The translations under genes were made by a program, and so were the position numbers. From Octopus sinensis (taxonomy: Eukaryota): 64,000 bases of DNA. The stretch is taken from contig NC_043004.1 in NCBI RefSeq assembly GCF_006345805.1, positions 63,922,001 through 63,986,000 of the forward strand. The letters are read 5' to 3'. Position 1 is the first letter of the stretch, and each line of letters opens with the position of its first letter. Below, piece after piece: positions 12,766 to 26,373 of this stretch. Under the pieces are notes generated by a model. It was not told the origin of the DNA, searched no databases, and saw only the letters and a program-made list of their open reading frames with translations.

Positions 12766-13904
12766 GAGTGAGAGAGGACTGCATGCCATCAAAGGGACGC
12801 TGTGGTACAAACATACGAAGCCCAATATACCCATCAGGAATACCCGTCGGGCACATGCATCATAACCATATGTACGCGACATGGTGATCTCATATCAAGA
12901 CAAACAGCAGATGACCTTGTAAGTGGGGTTGAGTCAGAATTTTTGTCAGGTCGAGTAGCCTATCCTGCTCAAAAGGTCCCGAATAAGGTTTGTTTAATAA
13001 TGTTGAACGAAACACCCATACATCCATATGCAAACTCCAAACTATGTGTTCCTCTCAACACATGGCTATGATGCACCAACACTACTCCTGCCCGTGACTA
13101 CATACGAACATATCGTCAGCAACAAAGAGACATGCTCTGTGTGCCTTGGGTATGTGCTGTGATTTGTTGTGATGCTCTGATGGTTATTGTATGGAAAGTG
13201 TTCTGCGTAGGATGTGTGCAGTGCCTAGTAGTGCAATTTTCTGTATTTATATGTGTTTGTAAGTCCTGGGGTTATTGTTATGTATTTGTATGAATATGTT
13301 TTTATCATGCCTAATGCACCTTCTATGATAGGGATTGTTTCTGTTTTTAGATTCCACATTCTGGTTACCTCTATTTCCAGGTCTTTGTATTTTGAAAGTT
13401 TCTCCATTCTTTTAGAGACACGTATCTGCCGGTATTGATACATCAATTAGAAAGCATTCTTTTCCTCCATGATCTCTGTCAACTATATCTGGTCTGTTGG
13501 CCTTAATTTCTCTATCTGTGTGTATCGGCATATCCCAGAGTATGGTTGCTTTCTCGTTTTCTGTAACCTTTTCTGGTGTGTGCCTATACCATCTTTTTTC
13601 TGTTGGTACTCCATAATGTTGGCATAGCTTCCAGTGTATATAGGTTCCAACTCTGTCATGTCTGTGAATATATTCCTTCTTAGCCAGGACTGGGCAGCTA
13701 GAGATAATATGATTTCTTGTTTCTTGTCCATCTCTACATATTCTGCAGTTACTTGTTATATTTCTTTTCATTACATGTTTTTGGTAATTTCTGGTGGGGA
13801 GGCTTTGGTCTTGTGCTGCAATTAAAAATTCCTCTGTCTCTGCTTTGAGTCCTGAGCTTCTCAACCATTGCTGGGATTTTTCTTTGTCTATTTCTTTTGC
13901 GTTT
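12766..13904 (-). mobile_element. Chimeric LINE insertion: Dong/R4-like CCHC/REL 3' region (13134-13904) fused to the 3' end of a second family (12766-13137)
   Basis: 13134-13904 closely matches 6177-6950. 12766-13137 matches the reverse complement of 40688-41020. The junction is a GAGC microhomology, and both flanks are (TAA)n. Confidence 0.85.
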
Positions 13905-13910
13905 ATAATA

Positions 13911-13941
<31 letters not shown>

Positions 13942-13986
13942 TATTATTATTATTATTATTACTACTACTACTACTACTACTACTAC

Positions 13987-14074
<88 letters not shown>

Positions 14075-14090
14075 GTTATTATTATTATTA

Positions 14091-14126
<36 letters not shown>

Positions 14127-14161
14127 TATTATTATTATCATTATTATTATTATTATTATAT

Positions 14162-14370
14162 TGGCGGTGAGCTGGCAGAATCGTTACCAGGCCGGGCAAC
14201 GTGTTTTGCGGTCTCTGCATTCTGAGCTCAAATTCCGCATAAGTTGATTTAAGCTTTTATCCTTTCGGGGCTCCATAAAATAATTACCAGTTAAGTACTT
14301 GGGTTGATTTAATCGAATTATGCCTCCATCGAAATTACTGGCCTTGTGCCAAAATTTGAATCCATTATTG
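14162..14370 (+). mobile_element. SINE family B
   Basis: ggcggtgagctggcagaatcgtta...ctgagctcaaattccgc...cctttcgggg...taccagttaagtact. Confidence 0.85.
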
Positions 14371-14896
14371 TATCATTTATTTTTACTTGTATAACTATTA
14401 TTGTTATTAATACTATTGTAACTCTTGTTGCAAAGTGTTACTATAGAAACGGAATGCAGCGTAAGGGGATGCAGCTTGTCATTTAAGATGGGGGACAGTG
14501 AGAGGAATAATAAAGTTGAGTAAAAGAAAGCTGTATAACAGCAATGAAAAGGTATGCAAGAAAAATAATTAGGTGGGAACAGTCGATATTTTTTTCGATT
14601 TGGTAATTTCAGAAAATGTGACGCTATCACTCTTCTTGAAAATAGAAAAAATAGCACGCACTCACACACCCCTGCACGCACATGCACACACACAAACACA
14701 CACACACACACACATACGCACAAACACACACACATACAGACACACACACACACACATACACAGATAGCTATGTATACATTCACACAACAATGCACGGAGA
14801 CATAGACAGACACACACATTTTGTGTTTTAGTGTATGTGTACGTTTATTAATGCAGATGTCTGTATGTGTGTTTGTATTATATGCAGATAGTTAGT

Positions 14897-14954
<58 letters not shown>

Positions 14955-15002
14955 TTGATATATAGATATAGTTATATGTATATGTTTATATATATATATA
15001 TA

Positions 15003-15066
<64 letters not shown>

Positions 15067-15853
15067 CGTGTGAGTGTGCATAAAACATTTCAAAATATAA
15101 ATTCGTTTTAGACAAAATTACAATATGAATTGATTTAAATTTTTCAATGCAGCTATGATTGTGTGTGCATGCGTGTGTGCGTGTGTGCCCATGTATATGT
15201 TCCCGCGCGTGTGTGCGTGTGTGTACGTGAGTACGTGTTTACAGAATTAAGTACACACTCCCAACACCACATACTCACATCTATTTATTCGTTTATAAAT
15301 ATTCATATACATGTATAACTACATACATGCACATATATATGTGTGTGTGTGTTTATGTGTATGTGTATACATATATATATATGTGTGTGTGTGTATATAT
15401 GTACACACACATATATATATATATACACATATATATGTATGTATATATGTATACATATATATTCACACAAATATTTACAGACGTTGAAATATACCTACAC
15501 AGACGCACAGACGTACGCTTATACATATATCTATCAGATTGTGTCTTTTTGTTTCTTTTAGGTTAGAATTCTTCCAAGTTGAAGAGTTAAAGAGTGGAAA
15601 ATTTTGACAGAAAAGTATAAACAGCTACAATTCTATGAAAATTCTATAACACTGATAACACTAACGAAATTTATGACTGAATTCATTTGCGTATTAGAAT
15701 AAATGTTCTTTCAGAAATTATTATTTTACAATTCTTTTATTTAAATATTTCACTGGTCTCCATTGAAAATTCGCGACAAATAAAGAAAAAAATATGAAGG
15801 ACGTTCGTATAATAATTATATTCCTACTCCTCTTTCTCCTCCTCCTCATCATT

Positions 15854-15891
<38 letters not shown>

Positions 15892-15943
15892 TATCGTCAT
15901 TATTATTATTATTATTATATTTTTTAATTTCAATTATTATTAT

Positions 15944-16145
15944 TAAGGCGGCGATCTCATAGAATAGTTAACAGCACGTCAGACAAAACAGCAGGATTTC
16001 GTCCAACTTTGCATTCTGAATATACTAATCGGTCCTTTTATCTTTTCTGGGTCGATTAAATAAGTACCAGCAAATCATTGAGAACGATATAATCGACTTG
16101 TCTCCACCCCAAAAATTTAAAACCTTGTGTCTGTAGTAGAAAGGA
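15944..16145 (+). mobile_element. Degenerate SINE family B
   Basis: aaggcggcgatctcatagaatagttaacagcacgtcagac...gggtcgattaaataagtaccag. Confidence 0.7.
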
Positions 16146-16267
16146 ATATTATTATTATTATTATTATTATATTATTATTATTATTATTATTATTATATTA
16201 TTATTATTATTATTATTATTATTATCATTATCGATCGTTAGCGTGCCGCGTGAAATGCTTAGCCCTA

Positions 16268-17559
16268 CGAGGGGCGTTCAATAAGTAATTCCCCTGACCC
16301 ATTTGCAGTTGTTTGATCTAGCTGAAATTTTGCATGTGCAATTATTGATATCTCTATAGATTAAGTGGCAAATTACAGCTCTGAGCTAATTGTGGTTTTC
16401 GATTTGCAGGTGTTTGAACTGAGTCAAGTGTGAAATGGAGCATGTTGAGTGTCGAGCAGTGATCCGGTTTTTGTATTTGAAAGGACGCACACCACGGGAG
16501 ACCTTTGATGAAATGAAAGTAACTTATGGTGATGATGCCCCATCATATGACCTTGTAAAACGTTGGCATCGTGAATTCAAATATGGTCGGAACTCTGTGG
16601 AAACAGCTCCCAGATCTGGTCGCCCCCTTCTGCCATTGATGAGACATCTGTCTGTCAACTTGAGGCTGCCATTTTGGAAGATCGACGCATAACTATTCGC
16701 CAAATAGCCCATTAGGTCAAGATTAGTACCGGGTCTGTGGAAACTATCATTCATGACCATTTGCATATGCAAAAGGTGTCTGCCAGATGGATTCCCAGGT
16801 TGCTCACACCTTTCCAGAAGCAAGAACGCGTCGATTGCTCGAGGATGAATTTGGAGATGTGCCAAGAAGATGAGTCAAAATTTTTCAAAAGACTGATCAC
16901 ACAGGATAAAACCTGGGTCCATCACTATGATCCAGAGACCAAAGCCCAGTCAATGCAGTGGAAGCACCGTGACTCACCTCCTCCAAAGAAGGCAAGGGTG
17001 CAGCCCTCCGCTGGCAAGGTCATGCTTACAGTCTTCTGGGACCAGGACGGAGTAGTGAAGACAGATTTCCTGGCAAAGGGTGCCACAATTACAGGAGTCT
17101 ATTATGCTTCACTTTTGAGGAAATTAAGAGAAGCTATCAAAATCAAGAGGCGGGGCAAGATCAGTAAAGGCATCCTCCTCCTGCAGGACAACGCTCCGAT
17201 CCACAACTCGCGTGTCGCCAGATCAGAAGCACAGGCGTGCGGCTATGAACTCATCCCCCACCCCCCCTACTCTCCTAACCTTGCACCCTCTGATTTTCAC
17301 CTCTTCCCAGCCATGAAGTTGTTTTTGAAAGGAAAGCGTTTCCCAGATGATGCAGCCTTGATTTCTGAAGTCACGTCGTGGTTGGAGGATCAAGCAGTGG
17401 TCTTCTACAAAAACGGTCTTCAGAGCTGCATCAAACAATGGGAGAAATGCGTAACTCTGGGTGGTTCCTATGTAGAAAAGGACTAATAACTGTGCCAAGT
17501 TTCGTTGCTCTACTACTATGGGAAGTGGGTCAGGGGCATTACTTATTGAACGCCCCTCG
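16268..17559 (+). mobile_element. Full-length mariner transposon (1292 bp), DD34D, probably irritans-like
   Basis: TA duplications at 16266-16267 and 17560-17561. 33-bp TIR cgaggggcgttcaataagtaat(t/g)cccctgaccca with 1 mismatch. Inserted in a family B SINE whose halves are about 16215-16267 and 17562-17660. Confidence 0.97.
16435..17486 (+). pseudogene. Mariner transposase (about 350 aa reconstructed) with one 1-bp deletion and one stop
   Basis: MEHVECRAVIRFL...RSGRP, frameshift in the C-run 16623-16627, TAG at 16713-16715, then WIPRLL, ITQDKTW, LQDNA, YSPNLAPSD. 34 residues between the second and third catalytic D. Confidence 0.95.
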
Positions 17560-18479
17560 TATTTCACTCGTCGCTACGTTCTGAGTTCAAATTCCGCTGA
17601 GGTCGATTTTGCCTGTCATCCTTTCGGAGTCGATAAAATTAAGTACTAGTACGATCTATTTTACTGACTTATTTGGAAAGAGAGACGATAAAGTTTACAA
17701 TAACACGGTTCCAGTCAGGACCAGATCGCTGGCGAATATTGGCATGCATAGTATTGGAGATGAGCGAGACTTTATTGAATGTGATGAAAACGAGGCGAAA
17801 ACCATTTTGAGACCACAGTGGTGGTCCTCCACCTTGTAAAGTCTAACCATCAGGAAAAGATGCTGAGCACCTTTTTGTCGAATTGGGCAAAACTACAACT
17901 AATTACGGGGTGGGGAGGCAGACACCTATATGAAAGAATTGACGGTTTTAAAGCTTTCCTCACACACAACTACAATAGAAAGGGAGATAGGAAGAAGTCT
18001 TTACCTCCGACACAATCGCTACAACAATAAGAACAGTATACAATTAAAGATGCAGGAGCGACATTAACTGCGGCGATAAAATGCTAGGATAAGAAAGTCT
18101 GTACCAACTTTCACAATACCATCAGCACCTATAAAGTTGACCCAGCGGAATTTGAACTCAAGACATAACACGGAAACCATGCATCTTTTCCGATTCTCTA
18201 ACGGTTCTACTAGCTCGCTGCTATAAGATGGCTGATAATGTTTGCAATAACAAAAGGATATCTCAATTCAGCTCCCTCTTTGTCTCTTTATTCCCATTCT
18301 TTCAGTTCTACATGCGCGAGCACACACAGGCGCACACACGCACATACACACATACACACTCACACACATACGCACACACATACACACACAAGGAATTATG
18401 CCCTTGCTCCCAATTCTACATCGACCCCCAAACAACGCTAAGTCTAGCAACAACAACATAGAAAATAAACATACGAAGC

Positions 18480-19395
18480 ATTAATGATCACACAACAAGA
18501 AAACCAGCAAGCAAAAACATAAATCCTGCAACAAGCAGAACAACATTAGAATGCACAAACCTATCCACAATTACAACAAATTTCAAGTACTTGCAACTTG
18601 GATTTGAAAGTAGAAAACATATAATGTATTTCGTGCATTACAAATGAAGACATTGGGAGAGAGAAGATTTTCAATCAAAGCAAAGTGGGAGTCTCAGAGT
18701 ACCTGAAAGCTGTAAAGCTGCCAATAGATAGATATTGGAGAATGAGAAAAGTTCCCTACGTGTCTTTAGGAATTCCAGCATCACGGCTTTGAACAGTCTA
18801 CTTCAGAATTTCGCTAACGAACCACACACAAAAAGGATTTTGATACACCTGATTGCCAACAGAAATAGAATTGAGGTAGGTTACCTTATTTCCTAACCTC
18901 GAAGATAGGTGATCCTCCCTTTCTTCCTTTCCAACATGGCAGCTTGCTTTACGATCAGACTACAAAAGAGGATGTGGCCTATGGTTACCCTGGAAGTAGC
19001 AACGCAAACTGATTGACATAAGCTCACTAGCTGTGAATGAGATAGACATCAGACAGACCAGGATTTCTAAAATGTACTATACCCTAATTTTTGACGAGTT
19101 TGTGAGAAATACACATCCCTGAGCCGACCTGCAATAGGAAGAAGTGTAGCAGTGCTGATTTGCAAAGACACGTGTCTCGAGACACGATCGATTTTCGTGA
19201 CTCGAGCAGTAAACTGTTGGCTCTGGACGTGAACAGAAGCTAAGTTTCTACCTTCAGACTATTAGCTGCCTATGCACTGACAAGGATGGGGTAGCCAGAT
19301 TTCTTAAGGCAGTTAGAATTTTTCCTCGGAATATCTTGCTTATCTGTGACAGTTTGCAATTTGAATGTCACCTTGAGTGCACGATTGGATAGCTG
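18480..19395 (+). mobile_element. Old Tx1/L1-like LINE 5' fragment (ORF1 remnant plus APE-like endonuclease)
   Basis: Manual translation with stops/frameshifts: DIRQTRISK, GRSVAVLICK, KLLALDV, FRLLAAYA, DFLRQLEFFLG, which resembles the APE domain N-terminus. Confidence 0.55.
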
Positions 19396-19452
19396 ATATG
19401 AGTGGATAACTGATAGGAGTGGATAGCTGATATGAGCGGATAGCTGATAGGC
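19386..19452. repeat. 17-bp tandem repeat, 4 copies
   Basis: ggatagctgatatgagt / ggataactgataggagt / ggatagctgatatgagc / ggatagctgataggcg. Confidence 0.9.
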
Positions 19453-20247
19453 GAGGGGTGGTGCAAAAGCATTGCACGCCTACTCAAATGTCTACAACAG
19501 TTTGACATGTACGAACTGGATTCAACAATGCGTCAATATGGAGACGGGCAAGCGGTATCTGACAGACGGACGGACAGATGGGAGGGAGGAAAAATGGATG
19601 GATGGATGGATGGATGGATCTCCGGCGTTCAACAATGAGGATTCAATGGCTTGATCCACTGAATTACTTGTTTCCAAATTAACGTGCAAATGGCCGAGTA
19701 TTTCACAGACAAATGTAACTTTCTAACGAAATTATCAGGCACAATCAGAGTGTGTAACAAGGCTGTACATTTGCACAAGAGGTAAAGTCTATCCAATTGG
19801 ATTCCATAGAAATTGACACTGACCAACAATCCACGTATCTTAGTAGGATCGAACCGAGACGTTTTAGTTGTGAAAAGAACTTCCTAAGCACTCAGGTACG
19901 CTGAAACGCCAACAAGGCAGAACACAACTCAATATAACAACAGAGTATAGTATTAAGCTCAACACTTATTACAACGCGTATCACATAACAGAATAAATAC
20001 AAAGCATCGCAACACAGCACGCAATACAAAGCCAGCATATCACAAACGATTCATGCAGTACACTAAATTATTGGATGGAAACCGGCCTGTGGCTAAAGAC
20101 AAATCTGTCCTGAAATTCGATATTTTTGTCTTCCTTTTTTATTCATACATTTTTATCGCGTAAGATTAATTCTTAGAATCTTCGTGTGAAACAGAGCTAT
20201 AAATTAGAGACGATAAAATTCATTCGACTTATATTTTCTTCTTTCGT

Positions 20248-20353
20248 TCTTCTTCTCCTTCTTCTTCTTCTTCTTCTTCTTCTTCTTCTTCTTCTTCTTC
20301 TTCTTCTTCTTCTTCTTCTTCTTCTTCTTCTTCTTCTTCTTCTTCTTCTTCTT

Positions 20354-20382
<29 letters not shown>
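20248..20382. repeat. (CTT)n microsatellite
   Basis: Directly visible; explains the poly-K and poly-L ORFs. Confidence 0.97.
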
Positions 20383-20384
<2 letters not shown>

Positions 20385-21096
20385 GCTATTCTTTCGTTGA
20401 ATATTATTATCATTATCATCACCATTATCGTCCATTCTTATTCGTATTTTTTTTCTTTATTATCCCCACTCTTATTAATATTATTATTATCAACGCTATC
20501 ATTGTTGTTGCTGCTGTTTTTGAGTTTGTTGTTATTACTCCACTATTCTATTCAGCAATTTATCGCCTCGTCTTTTGGAAGAATAGATACTTAACAAGAA
20601 TTGCAGAGGACATAGCGGCTTTTGATAATTAGACAAGTATCTCTACTATTGACAAAAAAAACTATCGAGATTTCTGACGAGAAGAATCAATTTCCAGAAT
20701 TTATTGAAAAAAAAATCTAATAATAATAATGATGATGATGATGATATATATTTAAAAAATCAAATAAGAAAAGGAAGAAGAATAGAATAAAAACGAAGAA
20801 AAAAGAAAATGTATTTTTAAAAAAAAAAGCACAAAGAATAATATAGCAAGAGAATAGAAGGAAAACTGCCAGAGACTGAAATATAGCTTAAATCTAAAGA
20901 AATCAATATAGTTAACCAAGTGAGAATGGGTTTCTGTTAAGTTAATTCTCCTGTGTGGTTTCTTTAGAAAACATTCTGTCTGCCTATGTCGGTAGGCGGA
21001 AATACATCTATGAATGGCTTCTTACCTCTGAGGTGGGAATTTTTTTTTTGTTGGGACGGAGGAGGGAATCACACAGATGTACACGCACACATGTAC

Positions 21097-21131
<35 letters not shown>

Positions 21132-21267
21132 TAATTACATATTGATATTTATATGTATTGAGATAGATACACACACGTCCACGCATAGGTAGAAATATGT
21201 ATGCATGCATACATGCATACACACACACTCACACACATACATATGTTTGAATATATATTCACAAATC

Positions 21268-21316
<49 letters not shown>

Positions 21317-21337
21317 ATATATATGTACATATATATA

Positions 21338-21379
<42 letters not shown>

Positions 21380-22199
21380 TATATATATATAATATATATA
21401 TATATATACATATATATATACATATATATATATATATACATCTCATTGTACGCATGTGCATTTATGTATGTTATGTATATGCGTATGGAAGTATGACTAT
21501 ATTGTAGCTTAGGTTATATCTAACTTAATAGCGTCACCTGGCGTAATCTTTCAAGTTATGATGTAAGATATTATAGCCCACTCGAAAAGGGAGTCGTATA
21601 TCTAAAATTCATCCATGTATAACTGTTTTTCAGATATTTCTTGAAAGAATTTTTCCAGCTACCATTTTAGTGACATGGGGTCTTTTGCTATTGACTTCTT
21701 TCAGGATAATTGCAGCGATATTTGAGTTAAGAAATTGTATTACGACATTCCTAAGTGATATGAACTCTGTTTTAGTAGGAAAGTGTATAGCACTAGAACC
21801 AACCTTTATGCAGTACGAAAAATAATTCATAATGATATCAAGGGCAACTACAAACTACTATTTCAAAATGATCTTAGTCATTCTAATGAGGCGTTTCTGC
21901 GTCATCACCACCTCCGTGTCTATTGATTGACTACATCGACGCTTAAGAACATAGTTTAGCGATCTCTGTCAAATCGATAGGCTGTGTTTTTGTCAAAAAG
22001 AGACATGTTTCGACACAACAATTTACCCCTTCTTTCTCTCTCCCACTCTCTCTCTCACTCACTCACTTTCTCTCTCCTACTCTCTCTCTCACTCACTCAC
22101 TCACTCACTCACTCTCTCTCTCTCACGCACATACACACACACACAATCATGCACTCACGTATGCAATCACAGATTTTTCCGAACTGAATGGGTGCAATA

Positions 22200-23775
22200 T
22201 GTCCTTCATCAAAGAGGCGTACTCAGACTCTTCCATGAAAGATTAAGGAAAGAAACAAAATCCTGGATGGTGGAAAATAGAAAAACGAATCCTAAATTCT
22301 TCTTCAAATTTGCGAAGACGTATGCCTCGATACACTACAAGGTAGGATCATCGTTTTAAGAAGACGGCTCAATAGCTGGAGACTCCTAGAGGATAAGTGA
22401 AGTGCTAAATAAACAATTTACAGAGTGTCTTCAACTCCCCATTGGAAAACATACAAATAAGCAAGCCTCATGAGTTCTTCAACACCACAAATCTATATAG
22501 GAAAGACGCAACCATTGATTACATCAGCATAAAAGAGAAAGTTATAATATCGGCTATTGGGAAGATGAAATCGAACTCAGCCAAGGCACCAGATGGATTT
22601 CTAGCTATTCTTTTAAAGACATGCAAGGAAACACTTGCAAAGCCACTGCAGAAACCGTTTCAAACTATCCTTGCATGTGATCAACTTACCGAAATGTTAA
22701 AAGAAGAAATAATATGTCCTTTTCATACAGGAGGATGTAGAATAATTGCTAAAATGTACAAGCCTTTCTCTGTGACCTAAGGAAGTTGATCACGTTCCTG
22801 GAAGAAAATAACTTACTCACAAACATGCAACTCCCGTCCAGAGATGAGCTATCTCACACAGCTACTAGACATTTATGAATGGGTACTGAAGCAACAGCTC
22901 AATCACTCAAATGTGTTTGTGATATATCTTGAATTTGCCAAGACCTTCGACAAACCTGATCGTCGGATGATATGTCACAAACTACGTGACTTTAGTATCG
23001 TTGGAAAATTATAAATGTGGTTGCATGACATTTTAAAAGACAGAGGTCAGAAAAGTTCAGGCAATGCTGCCCTCTCTGAGGAAACAGCAATTTTTAGCAG
23101 TTTCCTTCAAGTAACTGTACATGAGTACTACTGTGCGTTGTGGCTCACTCAGGAATACCTTCAGCCATACAGTCAGCGACACTCACCAGCTATGCTGTTA
23201 ATAAAAAGTATAGCAGGCAGTCAACGACCCTGATAACATCCTAAAACTGCAGAGGACCTGAATGTGATATACAGGTGGGCTGATGAAAATAACATGCAGT
23301 TCAAGGCTGGAATGTTTCAAGAACTCCACTATCGACCCACAAAGAGACTACAATGGAAATTCAGAGGACCAGGGTATTGTGCAATTCCAGAGTCAGAGTT
23401 GGTGGGTGGTGTGGGAATCCACATGAATAATGATGCCACATTTTGTGTGCATGTTACCTAAATGGTAACATTATGCAACTATGGTCATTGCAGAGCATCA
23501 GACTGATGGCGGAATTAAAGGCAATCCATCATCATTACAGTCAGAAGATTGAACCGATGAGCTACTGGGAGAAACTAAGAGAACTGAATCTCTATTCTCT
23601 AGAGAGAAAGGATGAAAGATATGCAGTGAGATACGTATGAAAGATTCTGAAAGATTTAGCTCCCAAATTTGGAATTAAAAGTTAGAGAAACTATCGAAGT
23701 GGATGGCACAGCATAATACCAAGGATCCAATCTTCTCCGTCTAGAATATCGACTCAGTACTGTAACAGCTTGGGA
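22200..23775 (+). mobile_element. Degenerate CR1/L2-group LINE ORF2 (RT region to 3' region)
   Basis: NPKFFFKFAK, KSNSAKAPDGF, LAKPLQ, VIYLEFAKTFDK, WADENNMQF, SYWEKLRELNLYSLERKDERY; many stops. Confidence 0.85.
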
Positions 23776-24419
23776 AGAGACTAAAACTTATATATATTGA
23801 TATATGTTTATATGAGTTAGAGGTTAAACAACCATCTAAGGGATAATAAATATCTAGTATACTGCTGGATATATACCTACGTATTTATGTCCAAGTGCTT
23901 ACTGTTGCAGGACAGTAGCACAATTGGATAATAGGTGTGAGTGGGGGTAAAGCAGAAATTTACCCAGAATTTATAAGGCAAATAAGAAAATGGAGAGGAT
24001 AATCAGTCGACAAACATCAGTCTGTAAACATTCATTTGGGTATATTAATTAGTTAATTAATTAATTAATTAATTAACTACAATCATATGTATAAATAATC
24101 AAAACCCCTGCACAATGTTTGTTCAACCTTTGTACAATCCCTGTGCATAACTGGTATGATGTGGAAACCTTGACAAGTTAGACACCATCAAAGTGGAAAC
24201 AGCTGTAAGGATTTAATTTTTCACTCATTTATTCTTATCTTTATTTATTTATTTGTTTGTTAATTTGCTTAATTTTTTTTTATTAATTATGCATATGATT
24301 GTAACTAATTAATAAATAGATCCAAGTGAATGCTTACAAGCTGATGTTTGTCGATTGATTATCCTCTCCATTTTCTTATTTGTTTTATATATTGATATAT
24401 ATATATTCTTTTATTCATT

Positions 24420-24810
24420 CTTTTAACTGTGTCAGTCAGACTGTAGCCATGCTGGGGCACCGCTTTGAAAAAATTTTAGCCGAATGAATCGACCCTAGTA
24501 ATTATGTTTCTCAAAATCTAGTACTTATTTATTCTATCAAATTATTTTACCGAACCACTAGGGGACGAAAACGCACCAACATCGGTTATCAAGCGGTTGT
24601 GGGAGAAAAATACGCACACACATACATACGCACACACACACACATATCGGGGCTCTTTCAGTTTCTGTCTACCAAATAAGGCTTTGGTCGGCTTGAGGCT
24701 ATAACGATACTATAGTAGAAGACACTTGGCCAATGTGCCATGCAGTGGGACTGAACCCAGAGGCATGTGTTTGGGAAACAAACTTCTTACTACACAGTCA
24801 CACATACGCC
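24420..24810 (-). mobile_element. SINE family A
   Basis: gccatgctggggcaccgc...gaagacacttggccaatgtgccatgcagtgggactgaaccc, co-linear with 2505-2885. Confidence 0.88.
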
Positions 24811-24822
24811 TACCAATATACA

Positions 24823-24858
<36 letters not shown>

Positions 24859-24906
24859 TATATATGTGTGCGTGTGTGTGTGTGTGTGTGTATGTGTATA
24901 TATATA

Positions 24907-24977
<71 letters not shown>

Positions 24978-26316
24978 ATTATATATATATATATTTATAT
25001 CTATCATTTTTTTCCCTATTAAATTACAGTTGCAAAATATGGTAAACAACAGAAATGTTCTATCATACTCTAACAGAAGATATCGGCTGATGATGCCGCG
25101 CAGCATCACCGAACGCTTCACCATGTAATTACGAAGGGATATTTTCAACTACACAGCCGCCATGACAGTAACTTTAAGCTACATTGTCTCGGTGTCTTCT
25201 GTATAATTAACAAACATTATTATAATATCAAATAGGCCTATAAACTTACTTAAAATGTCCGCACTCGGTTTACATTATAGCGTCAACTACGGGTAATTAA
25301 CCATTATTGTACTTAAACTTCAATTATTGTATTATAAAATAGAGTAATAGCTATGATTTCAATAAAGCTTTTTTTATCGTTGTTTTTTGTTGCCCATCTC
25401 CTCTGTTTCTATTGTAGCCATTACAGCAGTACTTGAAGAGATTCCGGAAATACATGTAACAAAAAAACGTCATCTTCATAAATGACTTGTCTACAGTTTT
25501 ATGACTTCCTCGTGGAAGCGATAAAATAGTATTTATTCATAATTGATTGCAGACATGATTTGCTTGAAAACATGAAGACGACAAATAATGGCAATATATT
25601 AGATTTTTTCGACTCCTTGTTGTATAATTCAGCTTTTCGTCGATATGCATAGAAGCCTTGCCTGGAACGCGATCTATGTTACATAGAATAACTGATCTTT
25701 CAACCTCTCCTGACTACTCAAGAAAGGAATTTTCGTAAGCAACAATCGATACAATTCAAAGCAGATCTTTGAGCAGGTTCGCGGTCCTAGCCAATTCCCT
25801 CGATTGCTGTTATACTTTGTTGGTCAAACTAGCCTTCAACATCGAGTGGTTGCAAAACGAGAACAACGAGCATTCTTGTAAGTGACCTCTTTCATGTAAC
25901 CAGTAAGATAAGAGGAAAATTAGTGCAGCTTACCAAGGTGCAGCCTGTTGCGCTGCAGAATGCTGGGTTGCAGATAGTTGGGCCACAGTTTTGGGCTACA
26001 ACTTGTATGTTCTCATGATTGTAAACATCAAATTCTTCCACAAAATAGGTTCTTTTATGGAGGATTTACACACCTTTTGCTCTCATAGATCATTCTGCTT
26101 CTTATCTCCTTTTATCAGCCTTTCTGTCTCTCTCTACGTTCTATGTTATTTCCATATAATCATATAGATGGGGCTCAGATATTACTGGTAGTTAGGAAGA
26201 CTTCAGCATGATCCACTCCACGATACCAGGACAGATATTCATTTCCGGAGCTTCCACGGGAGCCAGATGTTATCGCTGCCTGTTTTTCCCTCACTCACTC
26301 CATTCTCTCTCATTCT

Positions 26317-26373
<57 letters not shown>

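Noticed and set aside
25934-26040. Cys-rich minus-strand frame (QNCGPTICNPAFCSATGCTL) ending at a GTAAG donor
   Set aside because: No convincing acceptor, short frame and no recognisable domain.
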